Below, in pieces: positions 59,615-64,000 of a DNA stretch of 64,000 nucleotides (positions are counted from its first letter, which is position 1; each line of letters begins with the position of its first letter). Origin of the DNA: an uncultured Rickettsiales bacterium (GTDB lineage: Bacteria; Pseudomonadota; Alphaproteobacteria; Rickettsiales; Rickettsiaceae); the NCBI GenBank assembly GCA_903952265.1, contig CAJBEU010000001.1:51992-115991 (forward strand), given 5' to 3'. The notes beneath the pieces are model-generated. The model saw only the letters and a list, made by a program, of their open reading frames with translations. It was not told the DNA's origin and ran no database searches. The translations under genes were made by a program, and so were the position numbers.

Positions 59615-61420
59615 TCATTGGCAAGCAAGACATTCATCTTTTTGGTCATTGTTTGTGCTTTCCTCTTTTGGTTCTTGAAATTTAAAGGCCTTGTGGGAAA
59701 CCTTTTCCGCTCTTTGAATTGAGGTGGATCTACAGTAATACATTCCCTTTACTCCGAGTTTCCAAGCCATGTAATGAATGTCGTGCACGTCTTGCTTTTC
59801 AGAGTTACCAGCCAAAAAAACGTTTAGAGACTGAGATTGGGTGATGTAAGGAGTTCTTTCTGCTGCAAGTTTAATAATCCAGCGTTGGTCTATTTCATAG
59901 GCAGTTTTGAAAACGGCTTTTTCATGATCAGAGAGAAATTCCAGATGCTGCACTGAGCCTTCATGAGTAGAGATGGAGGACCATACTTGTTCGTTGTTGT
60001 GGCCTTTTTCTTCAAGAAGCTTTTGCAGATTCTTGTTTCGAATGTTAAAAGACCCACTGAGAGTTTTTTGCGTAAAGCTATTTGCTGTAAAGGGATCTAT
60101 TCCTGGGGATGTACTATTTGCGATAATGGATATAGATGCAGTTGGAGCAATAGCGGTTGTATTGCTAAATCTTAATTCCACTCCAACCTCGGCTGCGTCT
60201 GGGCAGGCTCCTCTTTCTTTTGCAAGAGCAATAGAGGCTGCATGAGTTTGTTCGCTTATGTGCTTAAAGATTCTATGATTCCAAACGTTTGCCATTACTG
60301 ATTCTAATGGAATGCTGTTAGCTTGCAAAAATGAAGTAAATCCCATAACTCCAAGTCCCACGCTTCTTTCTCTCGTGGCGGCATATTTTGCTTTTGCCAT
60401 TTGGCTTGGAGCTCTATCGATAAAATCTTGTAAAACGTTATCCAAAAATCTCATGATGTCTGGAATGAAATCTTGATTTTCTTTCCATTCGTCAAACTTT
60501 TCTAAGTTGAGGGAGGAAAGACAGCAAACACCTGTTCTTTTATTGCCCAAGTGATCTCTTCCAGTGGGTAGAGTAATTTCGTTGCAAAGGTTTGAGGTCT
60601 TTACCTTTATACCAAGCTTTTTATGATGCTCTGGAATCAGATTATTGACTCTGTCGATAAAGAGCAGATAAGGCTCTCCAGTTTCTATTCTGGTGGCTAA
60701 AATTTTGATCCATAGATCCCTTGCTGAGATTTTTTCAACAACAGATCTATCATGAGGACTAAGCAAGCTCCACTGAGCATCATCTTCCACTGCTCGCATG
60801 AACGCATCGCTTATGACGACGGCGTGGTGTATGTTGAGGGAGCGTCTATTTAGATCTCCACCAGTTGGTCTACGAAGTTCTATAAACTCTGAGATTTCTG
60901 GGTGATCAACTGGAAGATACACGGCCGCGCTTCCTCTTCTTAAGGACCCTTGAGAGATAGCAAGAGTCATTGCATCTTGCACTTTTAGAAAGGGTATTAT
61001 TCCTGAAGTTTTGCCGTTTCCTTTTACAGGTTCGTTGATTGAACGTACATTTCCCCAGTAAGTGCCAATTCCTCCTCCTCTAGATGCTAACCAGACATTT
61101 TCGCTCCAAACATCTACGATGTCCTCCAGATTATCTTCCACGTCATTTAAAAAGCAAGATATTGGAAGACCTCTCTTGCTGCCTCCATTGCTTAGTATTG
61201 GAGTTGCTGGCATAAAAAGCAGCATGCTCATGTAGTCATAAAGCTTTTGAGCGTGAGCAACGTCATTTCCGTAGTAACTTGCAACTCTGGCAAATAGATC
61301 CTGAAAGTCTTCTTTTTCAAAAAGATACCTGTCTCGCAGAGTTGCTCTTCCAAAATCTGAAAGTAAATTATTGCGAGACTCATCTGTTTTTATGTTAAAC
61401 TTTCTCTCAATCAAGGACAT
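59615..61420 (-). CDS. nrdA: Ribonucleoside-diphosphate reductase alpha subunit (class Ia, short form)
   Basis: Active-site SNLCNEI and a C-terminal CLAC redox pair. At 601 aa it starts directly with the LSDFGRATLRDRYL region. Confidence 0.95.
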   Translation of the reverse strand: MSLIERKFNIKTDESRNNLLSDFGRATLRDRYLFEKEDFQDLFARVASYYGNDVAHAQKLYDYMSMLLFMPATPILSNGGSKRGLPISCFLNDVEDNLEDIVDVWSENVWLASRGGGIGTYWGNVRSINEPVKGNGKTSGIIPFLKVQDAMTLAISQGSLRRGSAAVYLPVDHPEISEFIELRRPTGGDLNRRSLNIHHAVVISDAFMRAVEDDAQWSLLSPHDRSVVEKISARDLWIKILATRIETGEPYLLFIDRVNNLIPEHHKKLGIKVKTSNLCNEITLPTGRDHLGNKRTGVCCLSSLNLEKFDEWKENQDFIPDIMRFLDNVLQDFIDRAPSQMAKAKYAATRERSVGLGVMGFTSFLQANSIPLESVMANVWNHRIFKHISEQTHAASIALAKERGACPDAAEVGVELRFSNTTAIAPTASISIIANSTSPGIDPFTANSFTQKTLSGSFNIRNKNLQKLLEEKGHNNEQVWSSISTHEGSVQHLEFLSDHEKAVFKTAYEIDQRWIIKLAAERTPYITQSQSLNVFLAGNSEKQDVHDIHYMAWKLGVKGMYYCRSTSIQRAEKVSHKAFKFQEPKEESTNNDQKDECLACQ

Positions 61421-61629
61421 AGTGATCTAGCAACTGTCTAGTTTGTAAATAGCCAATATTAAATGAAATGGCGGCCAATATTGCAAAGCCATGATAGACT
61501 TTAGAAACCTTTTTGTAATCAACAAATCGTCCAGAATTTTTATGATTTTTTCTTTGTAAAGTATTTTTTAGACTTTACATATCATGCAAAATGCGCATCT
61601 TTGAGTTAATTTAATCGGGTTCTAGTAAG

Positions 61630-62724
61630 ATGACTGATGGGTTCTTGGACCATGTAAACAAATTACTGGTCAAACAGAGAAATTTGCAAAATGAGCTAAC
61701 AGGTATTCAGGACATAGGGGGTCCTTTGTACGTAAAAGTTGCAAAAAAGATTGCGGACATGGAGTTTTTAGTCAATCAGGCACAAGAATACTTAAGTATT
61801 ACGCAAGAGAAAAATGACCTGGAAGCTATGTCTAAAGAGAATAGCGAAGATAAAGATTTTCTCGAATACGTGCTAACAGAAACACAAAATCTTACAAATA
61901 ATCTTTCGGAAGTAGAGAATAGAATCAAGCAGACTCTGGTTTCAAAAATAGAAGAAAGTAGCGAAAATGCGATTTTAGAGGTTAGGGCTGGCACTGGGGG
62001 AGAAGAGGCAGCTTTGTTTGCAACAGAACTATTTCTCATGTATCAAAAATATGCTGCTTTACAAAAGTGGAAATTTGAGATTTTAAGCATTAGTGAAACT
62101 GACATCGGAGGCTTTAAGGAAGCCATTGCTTTGATATATGCTTCTAATGCTTTTGCCAAACTTAAGTTTGAATCAGGAGTTCACAGAGTACAAAGAGTGC
62201 CTGCAACAGAGACAAAGGGCAGAATTCACACGTCCACCGCAACGGTCGCAGTTCTTCCTGAAGCAAAAGAAACTGAAATTGTTTTGGAAGATAAGGATTT
62301 AAAAATTGAAACTTGCAGATCTTCTGGTGCCGGAGGTCAGCACGTAAATACAACAGATTCAGCCGTGCGTATATTGCATATTCCTACTGGTATTTGTGTT
62401 TCGCAGTCAGACGAACGGTCTCAGCACAAAAATAAGGCAAAGGCTCTAAAGATTCTGCGATCTCGTGTGTTCGAATTAGAAAAGAATCAAAAAGACAACG
62501 CAAGAGCAAGTGATAGAAAATCTCAGGTAGGTTCTGGAGAAAGGTCTGAAAAAGTCCGCACTTACAACTTTCCCCAAGGTAGGGTTACTGACCATCGCAT
62601 TAATTTTACAGTCTATAATATAGAGGAAGTGGTAAAGGAGGGGCGTCTTGACGAGATAATTTCTCAACTCTCAATTGATCATCAAGCAAAGCTTTTTGCT
62701 AATTTTGACTCAGAAAAACTTTAG
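61630..62724 (+). CDS. prfA: Peptide chain release factor 1
   Basis: RF1 tripeptide region RVPATETKGRIHTS (PxT) and GGQ motif SGAGGQHVN. Confidence 0.96.
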   Translation: MTDGFLDHVNKLLVKQRNLQNELTGIQDIGGPLYVKVAKKIADMEFLVNQAQEYLSITQEKNDLEAMSKENSEDKDFLEYVLTETQNLTNNLSEVENRIKQTLVSKIEESSENAILEVRAGTGGEEAALFATELFLMYQKYAALQKWKFEILSISETDIGGFKEAIALIYASNAFAKLKFESGVHRVQRVPATETKGRIHTSTATVAVLPEAKETEIVLEDKDLKIETCRSSGAGGQHVNTTDSAVRILHIPTGICVSQSDERSQHKNKAKALKILRSRVFELEKNQKDNARASDRKSQVGSGERSEKVRTYNFPQGRVTDHRINFTVYNIEEVVKEGRLDEIISQLSIDHQAKLFANFDSEKL

Positions 62725-62863
62725 GTACACTGGGGTTTTTACATTTAGGTCTTAAAACTAAATAATTAGTCAGACTGACTATTAGTGATTATAGCGCCTA
62801 GACATTAATAAATTTATGTGGTAGCGGTGAAGAGTAAAGCTTTTTTACCTAGCTGTTTTGTGC

Positions 62864-63883
62864 ATGATTCGGTCTTTAGAGCTGATGGCAAGCTTTCACA
62901 GAATGTGTGAATGCGATACTTGGGATGAGATCGTGAAGATCACGGGTAAGACTAGGGAGAGTGTTGCATTGGAGCTTGGAGAGCTTGAACTTGTGTTGGG
63001 AAAGAAGCTGATTCATAGGCATCCTGAGGGAAGTGTTGCAAGTAGCTTTAGCGGCAGATTCTTCATGCCAACAGATGCCGGAATGAAGTGGTATCTGCTG
63101 ATTGGGGAGATGCTTAAGAACCTTGCACCTGGGGATTATTCTACCGAAAGTGCTTTTTTCCACATCATGAACGACTCCTTAGGGCTAGCTGGCAACAAAT
63201 TGCTAGACGTCACTGGATCTGTTGTAACTTTTTCATTTTTTTCCTTTGGTCATATGCAAAATATGAGGATCTTCACTAACAGTTTTTTGTCATTTTATTG
63301 CATAGAATCAGTTCTTGCTCAGTTATTGTATAAGTATAAAGGCCTGCTTTTTTCGACCTTTGGAGATGAAGAAAGGCATTCGGAGGATTTCGATGTCTAT
63401 TTTCTTCCATACCATTTTCCTAAGGAAGATTTTATAGCAGAGACTTTTGCTGAGGGGAAGACTTTTCTATACGCTCATCCTTCTTACATAGAAACTGCTG
63501 GTGCTCCTAAAAAACTCGCAGACCTACGTGATCACCTTTTGATACGTTCCAAAGACTCGACTTCTGCGCGTGCAATTGGAGTAGAAAAGTTTGGGACGAT
63601 TAGAGATTATCTACCTACGCTACATCATAAAAGATTCATTGAAGTTGCAAGCTTTAATTCTTTGCTTAATCTCGTAAAAATGGGTTCTGGTATTGTTGCA
63701 CTTACTGACCTTACCCATCGGATCACTCAGGCCAACTTACAAAAAATTGCCCCGCTTGAAGAGGAGCAAGAATTTGTATATCGAAATTTTACTTTTGGTT
63801 TTCATCAAAAACACAAGTCTAATCCCGTTGTACAAGACCTGGAAAAGGGTTTGCGCACAATATTCTCCAACTTTAATCAGTAG
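62864..63883 (+). CDS. LysR-family-like transcriptional regulator (atypical, long)
   Basis: N-terminal winged-HTH pattern LELMASFHRMCECDTWDEIVKITGKTRESVALELGELELVLGKKLIHR, followed by a substrate-binding-like domain of about 250 aa. Track TTG start is 62858; ATG is 62864. Confidence 0.65.
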   Translation: MIRSLELMASFHRMCECDTWDEIVKITGKTRESVALELGELELVLGKKLIHRHPEGSVASSFSGRFFMPTDAGMKWYLLIGEMLKNLAPGDYSTESAFFHIMNDSLGLAGNKLLDVTGSVVTFSFFSFGHMQNMRIFTNSFLSFYCIESVLAQLLYKYKGLLFSTFGDEERHSEDFDVYFLPYHFPKEDFIAETFAEGKTFLYAHPSYIETAGAPKKLADLRDHLLIRSKDSTSARAIGVEKFGTIRDYLPTLHHKRFIEVASFNSLLNLVKMGSGIVALTDLTHRITQANLQKIAPLEEEQEFVYRNFTFGFHQKHKSNPVVQDLEKGLRTIFSNFNQ

Positions 63884-63896
63884 TTCAGCTAACTAA

Positions 63897-64000
63897 ATGT
63901 CAGACGTTAAAGGTATAAGGCGCACCACCTTTGGTACGTTTATTGGAACTGCTCTGGAGCAGCATGACTTTGCTGTTTATACGCATCTTCTTGTTGTCAT
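63897..64000 (+). CDS. 5' end of an MFS (ProP-like) transporter gene, truncated by the window edge
   Basis: ATG at 63897. MSDVKGIRRTTFGTFIGTALEQHDFAVYTHLLVV.. has the G..xE..DF..Y N-terminal pattern also seen in the MFS at 20426. Confidence 0.45.
   Translation, partial: MSDVKGIRRTTFGTFIGTALEQHDFAVYTHLLVV

Overview
AT-rich, very gene-dense chromosomal segment (about 60 CDS, mostly short spacers, several start/stop overlaps). It looks like a reduced alphaproteobacterium with an obligate-intracellular lifestyle (Rickettsiales/Holosporales-like). That lineage call is an inference from a Tlc-type ATP/ADP translocase, a circularly permuted two-piece tmRNA gene, MipZ, class I LysRS, a Tim44-like protein and a stand-alone tRNA-Ile(GAU). 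Nearly everything is housekeeping. Information processing: rpoC 3' part, rpmE-rpmB, mutS, ruvAB, ruvC, nusA-infB, lysK, rho, rplU-rpmA, dnaX, recJ, xseA, rlmE, tsaE, xerC/D-like, mnmE, prfA. Chaperones, metabolism and envelope: groESL, htpG, psd-pssA, FNR-folD, murD, pepA, nhaA, lipA, nrdAB, tolB, mipZ. There is also a two-gene type I secretion core and several transporters. RNA genes I can read directly are tRNA-fMet(CAU), tRNA-Ile(GAU), tRNA-Thr(UGU), a permuted ssrA (tmRNA) and the SRP RNA upstream of dnaX. I saw no CRISPR array, IS element, integrase-flanked island or prophage. The one block not explained by housekeeping is a tightly coupled four-ORF operon (31819-34798) between rho and rplU-rpmA. 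By eye it carries several weak but mutually consistent resemblances to a flagellar hook-junction module (rod-binding/FlgJ-like, chaperone-like, FlgK-like, FlgL-like). It is highly diverged and has no other flagellar gene within 64 kb. All protein calls rest on motifs recognised by eye and remembered family features, and no searches were run. Start codons are often ambiguous because the ORF track includes TTG/GTG starts.
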